A DNA stretch of 64,000 nt from the NCBI GenBank assembly GCA_973895155.1, contig OZ316894.1:5542944-5606943 (forward strand). Direction: 5' to 3'. The stretch is from Marsupella aquatica. Lineage: Eukaryota > Plantae > Marchantiophyta. The notes below the pieces were generated by a model, which was not told the origin of the DNA, ran no database searches, and worked only from the letters and a program-made list of their open reading frames with translations. Positions 11,715 through 24,830 of the stretch are shown here, in pieces. Made by a program: the position numbers and the translations under genes. Within the stretch, counting starts at the first letter, position 1, and each line of letters begins with the position of its first letter.

Positions 11715-11895
11715 CTAGTCCAGACTACCCATTCTTTGAACTTGAATAGCGGGGAGGACAATAAAAATGTCACCAAAATATATTCCTTATTCATATTATT
11801 TGAAATTTAATGACATGATAAAAAAACCATCAGGCATGTCATCATTTTAATAATCATACATAATATACCATGCTCTTTTCTATGCACATCCTTCT
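11715..11895 (-). repeat. Dispersed repeat, possible Helitron 3' terminus (copy 1)
   Basis: About 180 bp similar to 51451-51630. On the minus strand both copies stop at CTAG|T, after a weak CTCCCC..GGG(G)TAG palindrome. Confidence 0.45.
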
Positions 11896-13997
11896 TTCTA
11901 TGCACATTATATGCCAATCTTCATAAATGCACTGAAAATCACAGAGAGAGGAATCATGAAGGAACTAAGGTCAATAATAGGCACTCAAAGCAAAATAAAG
12001 TACTCAAATAATTTTCAAGGTATTTATAGAAAAGAATTCAAATCAAGATTTGAAAGGGATTCTCCCATGGGTCTAGCCCTTGAACTATGCAAAACCCCAA
12101 GACGATGACAGCTTTTACACCTTCACTTGTTGACATCCTTGCGTTTCTAAATGTTTTCAATACCAAAGTTTGACTTTCAATATTTCCCTTTTGATCAAGT
12201 GGAAGCTCATTAGAAGCTTGTCGGGAAGATCTTTCTAACAAGCCTAATAGTTCTAGTTTTCACAAAAACTCAGAGTTATGCATTTCTAAAAATCACCCAT
12301 CATGCACTCTCCACACTACATGTTTCTGAGAGTTCTCTAGCAGCTATTGACATTTAGTTTCTCCATTTATATCCAATGGAATCTTACTTTCTTGGGCTCA
12401 TTATAAAGTTCTTGGAAATATATTCTAATGAACCAAATGTAGTCAAGTTTCACGGGGGAACTGAGAGACCTACAATTTTCAAAAATGACTGTCTTGTTTT
12501 CTTGTGACATTTCAGGCATGTGTAATCTGTACTGTAAGCAGAAGAGGGTTTTGCTGCAGTCCATCTTGATTGCAAAAATCTATCTGGGTAGTTTGGCAAA
12601 GGTGGAGGTCCTTCTGGGCTTTGATTTAGTCAAGATTTGGATAAGCTCATCTTGAAACTTCTCCTTTTACTTACTAAAATTAGTTTTAAAACATATTCTA
12701 TTATGTTCATAAGTGTATTACTATTCTGTTACCAGAGCTTTGTGTGCCCTAATGCTCCACAAAGTGATAGCTTCAGACTTGTAAACCAGACTTCACTTGC
12801 ATCCTCACAACTCAAGCTAAGACCCTCATGTTAGGGGCATTATATCCCACAATGCCTTTACTTTGTCCCAGACTCCATGTATGTTGTAAAGTCTGGTTTA
12901 CACTGCATTGTGTGTCATAATGCTCAAAAAACCAGTTCCATCACTAGTTTTGAGGGGCTACAATTGGCCATAACCTCTGATAACAGAAAGTTAACATAAT
13001 TGCCTGAGCAATCTTTATCATAACTAATTCTCTTAAACCACAACTGCCCTTCAAAAGCTACGGGTTACCCGTAGTTACCATTAAAAGAAAATTTTTCCTG
13101 AAATTGTGGAGCAAACTTGCATGCTATAGGAGAACAATGATTGAAATGTGAAAAAAGGGGAAGGTCTTGGACACTTCCCCTTATATAGGGGAAGTTATGG
13201 TTTAATAGTAGAGTAGATTTTTTAATAATGTTAGACTGTAAGTATATATGCCATAGCACATAGTTTACCGGTTGGCCGGCAATATAACAGGATGCCTAAG
13301 AGCTAAGAGATATGCAGACTGGAGTGTAGCTTTGAAAAACTAAGGTGGCTTTGCATTGGGGAGGCAGGATCATTTAGGGTGATGTCTACAGTAGTTGGTA
13401 CTCGTTAGTAGGTTTATTTGATATTTTCTATTTGCCTTCTATGGTGGCATTTTAGTGGACCTCTGCTGCTTTATTGACTGCTCAGTCTAGCTGATTAGTG
13501 CCCCTACTATTGCCTTGGTGGTGGTAGGTCTCACTTGGGTTTTGTTTCTTTGGTTTTTGGTTTCATTTAGGATGTTCTCTTCCCTTATTGGTTGGTGCCG
13601 GGAGTTGCCTCTGGGATTGTGGGGTTCAGCCCGCCCTTGGCCTCTCTGTTGGCCTTTTATTCTGTTGGTTTCCACCCTTTCATGGGGTTTTCACAGAGTT
13701 AATTCAAAATTAAAATGGGAAAAAGAATAATGTTAGACTCTGCATTCTTCTCCATGAGAGCCATCGTGAACATTGCAAAGAGAAAAAATCAAGCCATTAA
13801 GGTTACTATATACAAAATGCACTTGCCTGCTCAACAAGGCTTTTCTTCCTTTCCTTTGCAAGAAAGAGGCCAAGAGAAGAAATGGCATGTGCAAAGAAAA
13901 TTTAATGGAAGAGCTGTTAAGTACTTTGCCACTAAAGCTGTTGTAATTGACAATGCTGCCACATTTGTTTTTGTATTTATAAATATGTCACAGCATG

Positions 13998-14222
13998 AGC
14001 AAAGTGAATTAGATGGATGAACTTTTAAGTGTTTAGCCACTAAAGATCTGTAATTGACCAGGTAAAATATGTCACGGTTTAGTATATGGATGAATGACAA
14101 GTTCACAAACAAAGCAAAGTGAATTAGATGGATGAGCTTTAAGTGATTTGCCACTAAAGATTTGTAATTGACCAGGTAAATATGTCCCCGTTTAGTATAT
14201 GGATGGATGATAAGTTCACAAA
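13998..14222. repeat. Tandem duplication of about 115 bp
   Basis: GCAAAGTGAATTAGATGGATGA...GCCACTAAAGAT.TGTAATTGACCAGGTAAA..TTTAGTATATGGATG..AAGTTCACAAA occurs twice. Confidence 0.8.
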
Positions 14223-15192
14223 TGAAACAATATATGAAAACTTTGACATATTTGGAAATACAATAAAAATATTGATTCCAACATCTTATAATCTTTAGTG
14301 ACAACAAATATATGTACTTAAAAGCTGGTCGATAGAATCCAAACTCTGGCAACAAGAAGGGTCATCGAGGAATCCTGAAGAAACGGCATGGGCGAAGCGA
14401 ATTCGATGGAATCCAAGCTCTGGCCAACAAGAAGGGTCATCCAGGAATCCTGGCGGCGATGGGTACAGCCGGACCTGCTGTTGCTTCGCATGAGCGAGGG
14501 CGATCATCTCGCAGGACAGGGAAGAACCACCGCTGCTCATCGGGGATGGTTAGGTGGAAAGGGGCGATGGCGAACACCAATGTAATCGTCGATGTCGACG
14601 TATCCTCTTGGGCTTAATTAATAAAGAGCTCCAGAGGAGTTCTGCCTTGGTAGAACCCCCGACGACAAGGTTGAAGCAAAGAATTGCTTGTTGGGAAGGT
14701 CTAGAAAGAGCAATTAGAGGTGAATCGGAGTTTCTGAACGAGGAGGAAGTGGAATTGCGGTTGAGTTGCTTTTTCAGGTCCTTCTATGGCAGCACTGTGA
14801 TGCAAAACCAACAACAGTAGCGTCGTCTATGAGGGAGGGGTTTATTTGAGTCAATCGCATCGGACGACCGAAGGGATGCGAATCGAGATAAACGAAGGAG
14901 TGCACAAGGAAGAATTGGGATTAAGTGCCCCATTCGAGTTTGGCCTTAATTGGATGACTCCCGACAACGAGGAGGCAGAACTTTTGTCGGGGAGATGTCT
15001 AGAAGAGCAATTGGGGAGGTGAATCGCAGTCTCTTATTAACGAGAAGGCTCTCGCATTTAGGGTTGAGTTGAGTTCCTTTTCAACTCTAGGCAGAGTACA
15101 TGGTTTTGGCTGTGGCATCGCTGTGATTTAAAGCCACAGCAGTGGCCTTGTCTATGAGAGGAGGGCGATAGGTGAAAGAGAGTTAAAACGCG

Positions 15193-16668
15193 ATGGAAGA
15201 GGGTATGGATGCGAAAAGGGACGAACGAAGCAGTGCACACAGGTTCGAGGGCAAGGTGATGAGGAAGAAGAGGGGCCTTAGAGAGGTGACTGATGCGGAT
15301 AAAAGTCAAAAGCAGACGTCGAAATTGGAAAGGATCAATGAGCGTGACAATCCTCCGGATCGGGAGAGGAACGGCGAGAGGCGTCACGGAGGAGATTTCA
15401 ATGGGAAAGAGCTGAGCTGGAAGGAGATCGCAGAGAAGAAGCAAGGAAGACATAGAATACTGAAGGGTAAGAGTGGTAACAATGAGGGAGATGGTAGCGG
15501 AAAAGGCTCTTCAGCCAGGAAGGAACGACTTAACGAAGGGAGTAAGACCCAGTCCGGGACTCACTTCAAGGGAGGATTAAAGGGTGGACAAGGCAAGTCG
15601 TTCTCAGCAATGCGAACGCAAAGCTCAGAATTTGATGTACAAAATGGTGATACAAAAAGGAAGAAATCATCGGAGCCCGTGAAGAAGCGGAGGCATCGCC
15701 TCGTCCTTCAGGACCATTCTGATGACGATGACTACTTCGTCCGCCCTTTGCGCGTGACTGAAGAGCCGAAATCTCCCGAAACTCGAGCTGTGGAACGCAA
15801 ACAGGCTGATCAGGGTGGTGTTCGCAAGAGCTCCAGAGTTCCAAAGAGGAAGGTGCTGGAGGATTTTGAAGATGATATACCGGAGGTGGGCGTGCAAAAT
15901 AGTGGCAGAAAAATACAGCTTGATAGAGATGGAAAGTTGGATGACTCGAATGCTGAGAATGATGCTCGTGCGTCAGATAGATCCACTTCAGATTCGACTG
16001 CGGATGGGCAGGATTGGAATGATGAGATGGACTCCTCCTTAAAATCGAAGAAGGCAAAGAAGACCTCCGATTCCTTGTCATATGGGGGGAAGGGGAGGAG
16101 TACCTCTCTTACAGCACGTCAAAGATCACTTCAACTGGCAAATGTAGATGGGGATGCGAATGGAAGCCTGAATCTGATTGAATTTCCTGATGGGTTGTCC
16201 CACTCTAGTCGCCGGGGCGCGACGACTGTTAGTCTGGAGGACCGGCAGGCGAAGAAGGCTGAAGCGGCTAGTCGACGGAAACAAGTGCTTGAAAAAGCTG
16301 CCAAAGAGCAGCATGCTACTGCAATTCAGAAGATATTGGGCAAAGATTCTTCCAGGAGGAAAAAAGAGGAGCGCTTGGAAAAGCATAGAGAAGAGATTAA
16401 GCAAGAGAAGATAGCTGCAGCACTGGAGGCTCCCTCGATTAGCATACGGTGGACCCTAGGACCTCAGGGCACAATAGTTTCCTGGTCTGAAGATGCCAAA
16501 CTTCCACAGATTTTCTCTACGCCTGTGTACCCACCGCCTCCACAGCAGTGTGCAGTGCCATTCTGCACCAATCCTCGCAAGTACCGGCACTCCAAGTCCA
16601 GCTTACCGCTTTGTAGTTTACAATGCTACCGTGTTGTTAATCTCACAGCGGGTTTAGTAGCAACGTAG
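15193..16668 (+). CDS. INO80B: INO80 complex subunit B / Ies2-like protein (PAPA-1 domain + HIT zinc finger), intronless, 491 aa
   Basis: Motifs LTARQRSLQ, LIEFPDGL, KKAEAASRRKQ..EKAAKE..ATAIQKILG, IRWTLGPQGTIVSW and C-terminal CAVPFC..PRKYRHSKSSLPLCSLQCY match the plant PAPA-1/zf-HIT family as I recall it. Confidence 0.9.
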   Translation: MEEGMDAKRDERSSAHRFEGKVMRKKRGLREVTDADKSQKQTSKLERINERDNPPDRERNGERRHGGDFNGKELSWKEIAEKKQGRHRILKGKSGNNEGDGSGKGSSARKERLNEGSKTQSGTHFKGGLKGGQGKSFSAMRTQSSEFDVQNGDTKRKKSSEPVKKRRHRLVLQDHSDDDDYFVRPLRVTEEPKSPETRAVERKQADQGGVRKSSRVPKRKVLEDFEDDIPEVGVQNSGRKIQLDRDGKLDDSNAENDARASDRSTSDSTADGQDWNDEMDSSLKSKKAKKTSDSLSYGGKGRSTSLTARQRSLQLANVDGDANGSLNLIEFPDGLSHSSRRGATTVSLEDRQAKKAEAASRRKQVLEKAAKEQHATAIQKILGKDSSRRKKEERLEKHREEIKQEKIAAALEAPSISIRWTLGPQGTIVSWSEDAKLPQIFSTPVYPPPPQQCAVPFCTNPRKYRHSKSSLPLCSLQCYRVVNLTAGLVAT

Positions 16669-17853
16669 AATGTCGTCACGTAATTGAAGATCAAATGTCC
16701 TTTCCTTTGATGGAAAGGAAAGGATAGCCCTGCTCCTGCTAGAAAGTGGATGGGGTTATGTGGAGATTGATGGCTAAGCCATGAGGAAACTATCAGGTAT
16801 TTGAGATTCACTAGTCACCGTTCCTACCCTGTTCAATTTTACTATTGCCCAAAACATTGGAATGTAAGAATTGTACATTATTTATCATGTTGATGAAGAG
16901 AATTCCATCTCGTTCATGAATATGTTTGTTAGTCTGGACCCGGTGGTGTCTCAAAATGATCAGTTTTGGTGCTGTTCAGCGTTATTATTGTCCAAAACAT
17001 CGACTGATTTGAAATGTCAGCGTCGTAGAAGATTTGTCATGTTTCTGAAAAGAATTCCATTCTCGTTCATGAATCGTCTGGTCCCCGTCGTGTCTCCCAA
17101 TGACTAGTTCCGACGTTGTCCCTCGCAGTACGACTTTGAATATCATGAGTCTATTGCTGGATGTGTCAGGGATCTGTTGGCGTAAGAATCAAGTGACAAA
17201 TTTTTGTTGTCTAATTTATCTGATTGTGATGGGAATCCTCTGTCCTCCACCACTCCCTTCTCTCTGTAATCAGCTACAGATCGGAATGTCACCGGCAGCA
17301 TTTCTTCAGGGTACTTGTTTCGTTGTTTTTCTGCCTACAGTTCCCTCAAATCGAAGTTGAGCCCTGGACAAAATAGATTGGAAGCAGCTGAAGGGCATTC
17401 TAGTCATTTTGAAAGTTTATGGCCTTTTGTCACTGAAAGCTGGGACTGAATTCAGCAGTGGCAACAATCTCTCCCCACCCAACCCAACATGCACAAGCCA
17501 CCTTGTAAAAAGACACATCCAACAGAAATACATAAACATGATGACCTCAACAAACCTGAGAAGCAGTGCAAGTTCAGGGTTTTGGGTTAAGTAACCTCAA
17601 GGCTACACCGTAAAAGAGAAAGGTGTATCTACTATAGATCTCAAAATGATTTAAAAGATAGAACTCATGTCACTCTGCACGACGGGAAGTATGATCCCAG
17701 GCCGACGACGGTGCTTTCGTTAGTCAACGACGCCTCAATCGGAGAAATTCCCTGAGGATAAATTTTAGAGGCCGTGATCCACATCACCTGATTTGTCAAA
17801 TAGGCAAATCACTACAAAACGTTTCGGACGGCACTGATCCCAGCACTTCTAGA

Positions 17854-18216
17854 TTAGCTACCGCTGGCCATGGACCGCTTTCGACAGACATAGTTCTGAA
17901 TTTCTCCAATCTCCTCTACGACAATGGAGTAAAACGATGATTGGTCTAACTGCTGGACTCGATAGCCCGCTAAATACTGGCTCATAGTGTTGGCTCTCCT
18001 GTGGAGACCGTCTCGGTTCTGAAGCAGCACTGCTGGTCGACCTACATACTGTTCTATAATATCGGCATCATTTTCTCCTAGTCCTCTGATATCCATTGGC
18101 CCTTCGAAGTTCCTGTGTGGGTATGTGTCCTGATCAGCCTGGTAAAGCCGCTCCTCAACATCGACTGGGTCAATAGAATCGTCATAGGCTTCTCCTTCAG
18201 ATATCAGCCGAGCCAT
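17854..18216 (-). CDS. Small acidic hypothetical ORF (120 aa) or gene fragment
   Basis: ATG-initiated with protein-like composition (D/E/R/Q rich). No family recognised. Confidence 0.3.
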   Translation of the reverse strand: MARLISEGEAYDDSIDPVDVEERLYQADQDTYPHRNFEGPMDIRGLGENDADIIEQYVGRPAVLLQNRDGLHRRANTMSQYLAGYRVQQLDQSSFYSIVVEEIGEIQNYVCRKRSMASGS

Positions 18217-18565
18217 CTTTTATTGGCAATTCCCCTTTCTGTTCCATACGCTGCCCCTCATATCGTGCACTTTCGGCAAAATTTGTAGTTGTGCTTACAA
18301 ATCAAGTTGACTTGATCATATGTTGGCTGACATCCTTCTACTTCGCCATTGAGCTAATGACAATGAATGACGAGGTGTCATTCAACTGTTCACTTTCCTC
18401 ATCAACACCCTTCCTAAATCACGCTCATCTAGCTTTTAACGAAGGATTGCTATTGGCAGTATATTTACGAACAAAAAATATGTCAATATGACTCATAAGC
18501 ACTAGCGCTAATCTGTGACAACCTACATGCTTATATCTACTCATTTTCAGAGTCACTCTGCCTGT

Positions 18566-21500
18566 TCACTTTCTAGTGTGTTTTCGCGTCCATACAAGAT
18601 GGAAATAGTAAATAAGGCGGTAGGCCACAATGAAAGCAACCAACATGGCCACGTTGCACCATGGACTTATATGTTCCAAGGAGATAGAGCTTAAATACTC
18701 GTCAGTGTTCAAGCCCGGTGCCCACTCAAGGTGAGGGTACTGCCTGAGTTCATTCGTCATCAAGGCTTCATAAGGATACTTGTGCAATGAGAGATAGTGC
18801 ACCCATATCCAGTATTTTGGAATCGCATCCCTGCAAAAACAACATAGAGTTAGACTTCAGGTTCCAGGGTATGATTCCAATCTAAGTTACATTCTTCAAT
18901 TAAGCTTTCCCGACACGTTTCGTAACTTGCAGAGTATGAATGACAGCTAGTGATAATTTTGTGTGAAGAAACATTTCGATGCACAGCTAGCTCATAATGT
19001 AGTGCGAGAGACTTACGGTATTCTCATCTCAGACATCTTTTAGTACAAGAAAAATGAATGATTCAGAAATTCAGCGAGATAACAGATACAAAGGTTACAC
19101 ACCTCTGAATGAAATAGCCAGAGCACAGGAAGAAGAAGGACAGACACGCTTGAAGAACACCATTTGAAGTCACAAGGTCTGGAATCAGGCCAGCAATGCA
19201 GGCGACAAAGCTGGTGGCGACAGTCAAAACAAGGAAGTAGACCAGAACGTAGAATAAGAAGGTCGGTGCTTTTAGCACAAATCCCACCATTGGGTAAGAG
19301 ATACATGAGAACACCAGTGCCAGTATAAGTAAGAATGGCAGGACGACCAAGCTGCCTGTCACATGTTACGACAAATCACTCGCGTTAGTGATGAAATAGA
19401 GTTTGATGCTCTTCTTTGACACAACTCAACATTTAACGAGGATGAGGAAAACATTTAAAAGACAGAGCAGTCCATTATAAATGTTCTCTCTAGCAAACTT
19501 TCATCCCTACATTGACCATTTCCTGACTTGTCGTTCTTTACTAAAATTTATAGAAGAAACACACTTGGTACAACAAAAAATCTGAGCATTAATTTCTGTT
19601 GCAAAGCAAAACCTTTAGATTTTCAAAGCTTAGTATATCCTGCAAAATCGAATGATTTTGTAATAAGTTTTTTGGGTTTCGATAAGAAATTTGTAATGAT
19701 GTAACACAACCAGAAAACAAATGTGAAAAACTAAGGAATTACGCATTTAGAGCACATGTCTAAGTTGGATTGTTTTTTTCGAAGTCTAATGTCTTATAAT
19801 GCATGATTTCGGCCCTGACTGTCAAACATAGTTATGATTCAATTCGAGGAAACATAGTTATGATTCATGATCCACAAGAAAAACAGTTAAATGAACTAAA
19901 GGGTCTCGTAATTACCTGATAGGACATAAGCAGAAGCACTGTAGGCACCTCGAGTAGTCTCTCGGATGAATATTTGGCGCTCCGAAACAATGAGGGGCAA
20001 AGTTTGGGCAGAGGTGAAAAGAACAAACGAGAGCGAAAAACCAATAAATGATTGTCTTTGGCGAAGACCCACTTCATCCAGTTTAACCCTGAAGAAGAGG
20101 GAGCCCATTACCAAAGCTCCCACAATCTGTGCATTCGAAACATCAATAAATTAAAGCCACTTAGATGAATTGTTTTTTGTTGGCACAAGAAAGGTTTTCA
20201 CAAAGACGCAAAATTGAAATCTTACTAACAAATGATACATTCCTCTGGTCCATTAGAATTTTTAGCTGCTTGAGAATCCGTGAGACTCGTGTGCAGTATA
20301 TATCAAATTTCATGCTCTTAATCACAATGAAAATATTTCAAAATTCTCTTACTTACCAACATGACAACTCGACCAAGAAAGAGTTCCTTTGTCCGGAAAG
20401 TGTTCTTCAAATTTCTTTCAGCCAAAACGAGTGTTTGCACTGCAAACGAGGTTGCGTATGTCTGTGGACTAACAGCTGTGCGTCCAGATTTCATCACAGT
20501 TTGCTCATCCTTGTTTATCAACCCCTTTTGCCTTTCTTGCTGCATGACACAGGAACAAGCCTGATATGAATTAAAGTTCCATTTTGAGGGGCCAAACCAA
20601 TATTCTGAAAACCATTAACTGACATAAAACTTTCACAGATGTAAAAAACTAAGATTGTTTGTACTCACGTAGTACTCCACAAGCCTGACAAGACCTTTTG
20701 GACCTTGTTCTCGGCAGTCACTGACGGTCTTCAAGAAATATTCTACCGTTGTTATCTGCATTGAGTTCATTTAATAAACAATCACCATTAGAAGTTCAAT
20801 CCATGCATGCAACAGAGTAACAACAGACTTGGTTTTGGATATCCAATAGTAACTGAGGTCGTTGAGAAGGAGAGTACATTGGATTTTATGTTCTCATATT
20901 TTGCAAAACCGTTCAGACAATATAACTAGGGATAGAACATCAAGCGTCCACATATTTTTCAAAAAGTCTACATTCAAAATCTTCCCTCAACAATACTTAA
21001 AATGAAAAGAATTGAGAGAAGGTAGCTTACATGTTCAGGCATCGTGTAGCCAAGGTCAGCGAAATAGTTGACCATATCAACAGGAAGACCATGGTAGATG
21101 ACATTTCCTTGCACTAGCACCAAACAACTGTGGATGGTCTCAAGCACCGAGTAGCCAGGCTGATGGATAGTGAGAATAACAGTGCGCCCATGCTGTTTTG
21201 CCATTGTAGACAGGTGCTCCATCACCTGCAACGCAGATGTGCTATCCAATCCAGACGTGGGTTCATCTAGCATCAGCACTGCTGGATCGTGGATCACATC
21301 CACTCCGATGGATACCCGCCGCCTCTCCCCTCCTGAGACTCCACGAATCTAATTTCATCCGCCAGAACCAAACCATTAGAACAGACGTGTGATGTGGATC
21401 ACATACAGGTAAAGGAAAAACCTGAGAAAGATCAGTTGAAACAGGAACTGAAATCATTTCTTTGAGGAGAATGATATGTTTATAGATTCTCTTACAACAT

Positions 21501-24032
21501 CATTTCCAACTTTGGTGTTGGCACATGAACCGAGGCCAAGTTGCTGAATGACATGCTCTACTCTGTCCTTCTTCTCCTGGTAGGTCATATTCCCCCGCAG
21601 CTTCAAACGGGCGCTGTAGAGAAGAGTTTCTCTTACAGTCAACAAGGGGAAGAGGGCATCGTCTTGCATAACATAGCCTGATATCCTCTTGAATTTACTG
21701 TCCATAGGTTTCCCGTTAACCAATATAGATCCACCTAAACTTTTTTTGTCAATCCTCCCTGCCAGCGCGTCTAACAAGGTTGTCTTGCCAGATCCAGATG
21801 GCCCAAATATAGCCAGTAATTCTCCATGTCTTGCCTCCGCACTAACGCTATTGAGAAGAGTTCTCTCTTTCTTCTCTTTACTGTCTTTGTCTTTCACCAT
21901 CACCTGCACTTGCAAAATCCAAACTGAGTTAATAGCATTCTAAACGGTCCATTTACTACTTAAATTTACACTTGCACATGCGTATCAATATACATGCATT
22001 GTCAATACACATTCTACACTTGGATCGGCATTCATTCCGATTAAGTAGAGACTGCAGTCAAGGTCATCGGTATGAAATGATATCAATCATGATCATTCCT
22101 ACTCTGTCTAAGATGTACAAGCATTCGTGCCAAAACAATCCCCATCGGTGCAATCAGTCCTTTATGCTTAGACTAAACAGAGTGATGAGAGCCGATGCCA
22201 ATCTCCGATTCCGTGGGATCGGTCGCTTCTTAAAACTCAGCTCGGTGCCCCAAATTAAACCTCCCAATCCATCAGCCGAGGTGATAAAAAATCCGGCCCT
22301 CAGATCATCATATATGAGAAAGGAAGTTGTGCTGTGATTCATTGTGCACTGTTCTTCAGATTCCAGTCTTGCGAGATCTAGTCGGTCCCTAACTCATATG
22401 TAAGTACTGCTCATCAAACTGGCGTCAGATCGAGGACGACAGTCCCAAGCCGATGCACGGTGGCCCCGTATGACTGTAAGGGCTTACATCTTAGTACACT
22501 TTTAGATATTATAATATGATTTGATCGAGGTCGACTTTCTATCACCCTACGATAATCCTTGTCAGCTCGATCTCCCGACCAAGGAGCAGACCTTCGTCCC
22601 TATTTGTCTCCAACGAAGCGAGAGTAAGTAATTCTATGCGCAAACAACCACTGGATCTTCAAAACAGAGATGATACTGAATCTATGAAGGAATAGCTAGA
22701 TATCACATCGAGGGATGCAAGACAACTATCAAGATATGCAAGACGACTCCCATATTCGGGCGTCACATGAATATTATATGTGGAAGACCTGTATTCGATC
22801 TCAGCGACATGATTTTATGTAAATGATGTTCCGTCATGTACAGCAATTAATATCTTACTCGCCTGTGTCTGGGCATGAACATGCTCCTTCTCGATGCCCC
22901 CGGATGACCGTAAGGGCTTGCATCTTAGTACACTTCTGCATATTATAATATGATTTGAGATTGACTCTCTGTAGTACCTACGCTAATCCTTGTCAGCTGT
23001 CCCGACCAAGCAGCAGACCTTCTTCCGAATTTGTCTCCAACGATGCGAGAGTAAGTAATTCTATGCGCAAACAACCACTGGATCTTCAAAACAGAGATGA
23101 TACTGAATCTATGAAGGAATAGCTGGATATCACATCGAGAGATGTGCACAAGACAACTATCAAGATATGCAAGACGACTGGCATAGTCGGGCGTCAAATG
23201 AATATTATATGTGGAAGGCCTGTATTCTCAGCGACATGATTCTATGTAAATGATGTTCCGTCACGTACAACAATTAAATATCTCCCTCGCCTGTGTCTGG
23301 GCATGAACATGCTCCTTCTCGATGCCCCCGGATGATCGTAAGGGCTTGCATCTTAGTACACTTCTGCATATTATAATATGATTTGAGATTGACTCTCTCT
23401 ATTACCTACGCTAATTCTTGTCAGCTGTCCCGACCAAGGAGCAGACCTTCTTCCGAATTTGTCTTCAACGATGCGAGAGTAAGTAATTCTACGCGGGAAC
23501 AGAGATCTTCAAAACAGAGATGATACTGAATCTATGAAGGAGTAGATACATATCACATCGAGAGACGCAAAACAACTATCAAGATAATTATGCAAGACGA
23601 CTGGCATCGTCGGGCGTCAAAATGAATATTATATGTGGAAAGCCTGTATTCTCAGCGACGTGTATTCCGTTACGTACAACAAATTAAATAATATCTCAGT
23701 CGCCTATTGGGCATGAACATGCTACTGCACGATGAGCCCGTATGACCATAAGCGCTCGTATCTTAGTACAAGATACACTTCAAAGTTTGAAACGGTTTTC
23801 CGTGAGATCGCAACACCGGCGTGAATTCGGGAAAAGTCGATCAACCGCATCGATCATGGGCAGTTGTAACTTTGCAGGAGAACAGACTCACCTTGTACTC
23901 GAGGTTTTGGATCACCAAATCATACGTTCTCGACCACCGAACTGCCGTGACGCTCTCGAGGACCCTCTCCTCTCGCCTTTCCATGCTTTCTATCTTCTCG
24001 CGTATCCTCTCCCCCCCTTCCAAGCTTTCCAT
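18566..24032 (-). CDS. ABCG (WBC, half-size) ABC transporter, 8 exons, about 621 aa
   Basis: Exons with GT-AG borders and consistent phases: 24032-23892, 21903-21496, 21348-21031, 20755-20669, 20539 (or 20560)-20357, 20126-19916, 19355-19103, 18830-18566, total 1866 nt. Walker [17 protein letters not shown], signature [12 protein letters not shown], Walker [17 protein letters not shown], and ABC2 membrane domain ([33 protein letters not shown]). Confidence 0.93.
22462..23770. repeat. About 430-bp tandem repeat, about 3 copies, in ABCG intron 1
   Basis: Unit start CCCG.ATGA..GTAAGGGCTT.CATCTTAGTACA recurs near 22464, 22897, 23325 and 23737. Unit bodies are highly similar. Confidence 0.9.
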
Positions 24033-24159
24033 CTCAATTCACGCGTATCCTCTCGATCTCACTTTCCAGACACTACGTCCCCTATCGACTGCCACTACTG
24101 ACAATTTAATTTAAGTCCCGTCAAGGTATTGAACTTCGTAGAGTAGACCCACAAGCGAC

Positions 24160-24830
24160 TAGGAGACCCACTACCTAGCTCTCCTCGCGCGGGCCACCCT
24201 CGGGCGCCCATGTGTGTGGAAAAAAAACCTTGGCGCAAGCAAAGGAGCGGGTGTGGGTCTTCTTCTCTACGACGTTCATATTAGCAATGAAAATATTCCA
24301 CAGCAATGATCTTCATAAGTGATGAACCAACCAGACTGCTCGGCAAATGATGGACGAACACATTTTGTGAGACTTACACCTGATCAGTCCCCCTAGCCAC
24401 TGCCCGTACGTGGCTGTCCCATAGGAAACAGGAACAGAGACTGAAAATAGTCCGTTGCCACCAAATGTGTATGATGACCACTAATAGCAGACTCAAAGTG
24501 CTAAATCACGCCAATGACGGGCGCATTCTATTTTATTTTATTCAGTCCTGGGTTAGACTCCACCAATGTCTTGAACTTGAACGAGTCGATACTTTCCACC
24601 ATTCCAGAATTATATACATGCGGCAAGGAGACCTACTCCTCCTCGCGCGCCACACCCTCGGGCCCCCCGTCAGGGGCTCTACTGGGGGCTCGCGAGTGAA
24701 GATGTGCGTGGACAAAAAGTATTGGTGAAAGCGAAGGGGCGAGATTTGATCTTCAAAACCAAGGAACCAAACAGGCTGCTCGGCACATGATGGGGTGAAC
24801 GCATACCCGATAAGTCCCCCTAGCGACAGC
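24160..24830. repeat. Diverged direct duplication in the ABCG 5' upstream region
   Basis: AGGAGACC..CTCCTCGCGCG..CACCCTCGGG..TGTG.GTGGA..GAACCAA.CAG.CTGCTCGGCA.ATGATGG..AGTCCCCCTAGC occurs at about 24160-24400 and 24627-24825. Confidence 0.7.

Noticed and set aside
15566-16404. Antisense and alternate-frame ORFs over INO80B (and similar ones over ABCG and the LINEs)
   Set aside because: They are shadow ORFs of real coding sequence.
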